Origin: a virus | Lineage: Duplodnaviria > Heunggongvirae > Uroviricota > Caudoviricetes | Strand: one strand, 5' to 3' | Length of the DNA stretch: 26,517 bases | IMG/VR virus record: IMGVR_UViG_2778261459_000001 | Span: 1 to 26,517 of that record | In this document: positions 26,257 to 26,517 of the stretch, in pieces | Numbering within the stretch: position 1 is the stretch's first letter | Layout: each line of letters starts with the position of its first letter | The notes under the pieces: model-generated | What the model was told of the DNA's origin: nothing | The model's database searches: none | What the model saw: only the letters and a program-made list of their open reading frames with translations | Made by a program: the position numbers and the translations under genes

Positions 26257-26517
26257 GCGAAAAATGAAAACCGTAGCACGTCGTATGCAAGATCGTGCGC
26301 GGCTGGCTGGTGAACTTCCGATAGTGCGAGTATTGAATTATTTCCAACTGTTATCGATTTTGCGTATTTTTTGCATGAGAGGATTTTTACCTCCTCCCAC
26401 CGATCCTCCATGGCTTTACGCCAGTGTCTCTGGTCTGCTATGTGCCAGGAGCAGCCATTGCTAAGTCCATCCTGTATTGTGCAGGTCAGCTCGTTTTTAA
26501 AGAGTCCGGCCATCATC

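Noticed and set aside
26076-26516. 146-aa minus-strand ORF at the window edge
   Set aside because: Overlaps, on the opposite strand, both the IS OrfA-like fragment and the Tfa 3' remnant, which have recognisable motifs; no family recognised. It may still be partly real to the right of 26257, where nothing else is assigned, so this is unresolved rather than excluded.
1-26517. CRISPR arrays or other regularly spaced direct repeats
   Set aside because: No repeat-spacer periodicity seen; the only repeats noted are short palindromes and terminator hairpins.

Overview
This window reads as the late region of an intact-looking temperate phage integrated in an Escherichia/Shigella-type genome. All calls rest on reading the sequence and on recall of protein families; no database search or folding program was run. 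From left to right: (1) the end of a lambdoid nin region (hypothetical protein, ybcO-like remnant, rusA, ylcG, Q antiterminator quuD); (2) an intact nmpC-type porin gene on the opposite strand; (3) a phage-21-type lysis cassette (pinholin essD, SAR endolysin rrrD, Rz with embedded Rz1) and the bor lipoprotein gene; (4) an HK97-type packaging and head module (HNH endonuclease, terminase small and large subunits, portal, prohead protease, major capsid protein, connectors); (5) a Mu-like contractile tail module (sheath, tube, frameshifting chaperone, tape measure, baseplate genes, tail fiber, tail fiber assembly protein). This lambdoid + HK97 head + Mu-like tail layout is the one described for Shigella phage SfV. 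The most interesting part is the low-GC cargo after the tail fiber genes (about 24.2-26.5 kb): a small zinc-ribbon protein, a divergently transcribed family-3 membrane acyltransferase (Oac/OafA-like, a likely surface-polysaccharide-modifying lysogenic-conversion gene), a LexA-box-controlled UmuD'-like gene with a substituted catalytic dyad, and a junkyard of relics (IS3-family OrfA fragment fused to a tail fiber assembly 3' remnant). No CRISPR array, tRNA or rRNA was seen. Several small ORFs below the 60-aa track threshold are proposed (ylcG, a DUF2635-like gene before the sheath, a zinc-ribbon gene, a 40-aa ORF with a perfect Shine-Dalgarno).
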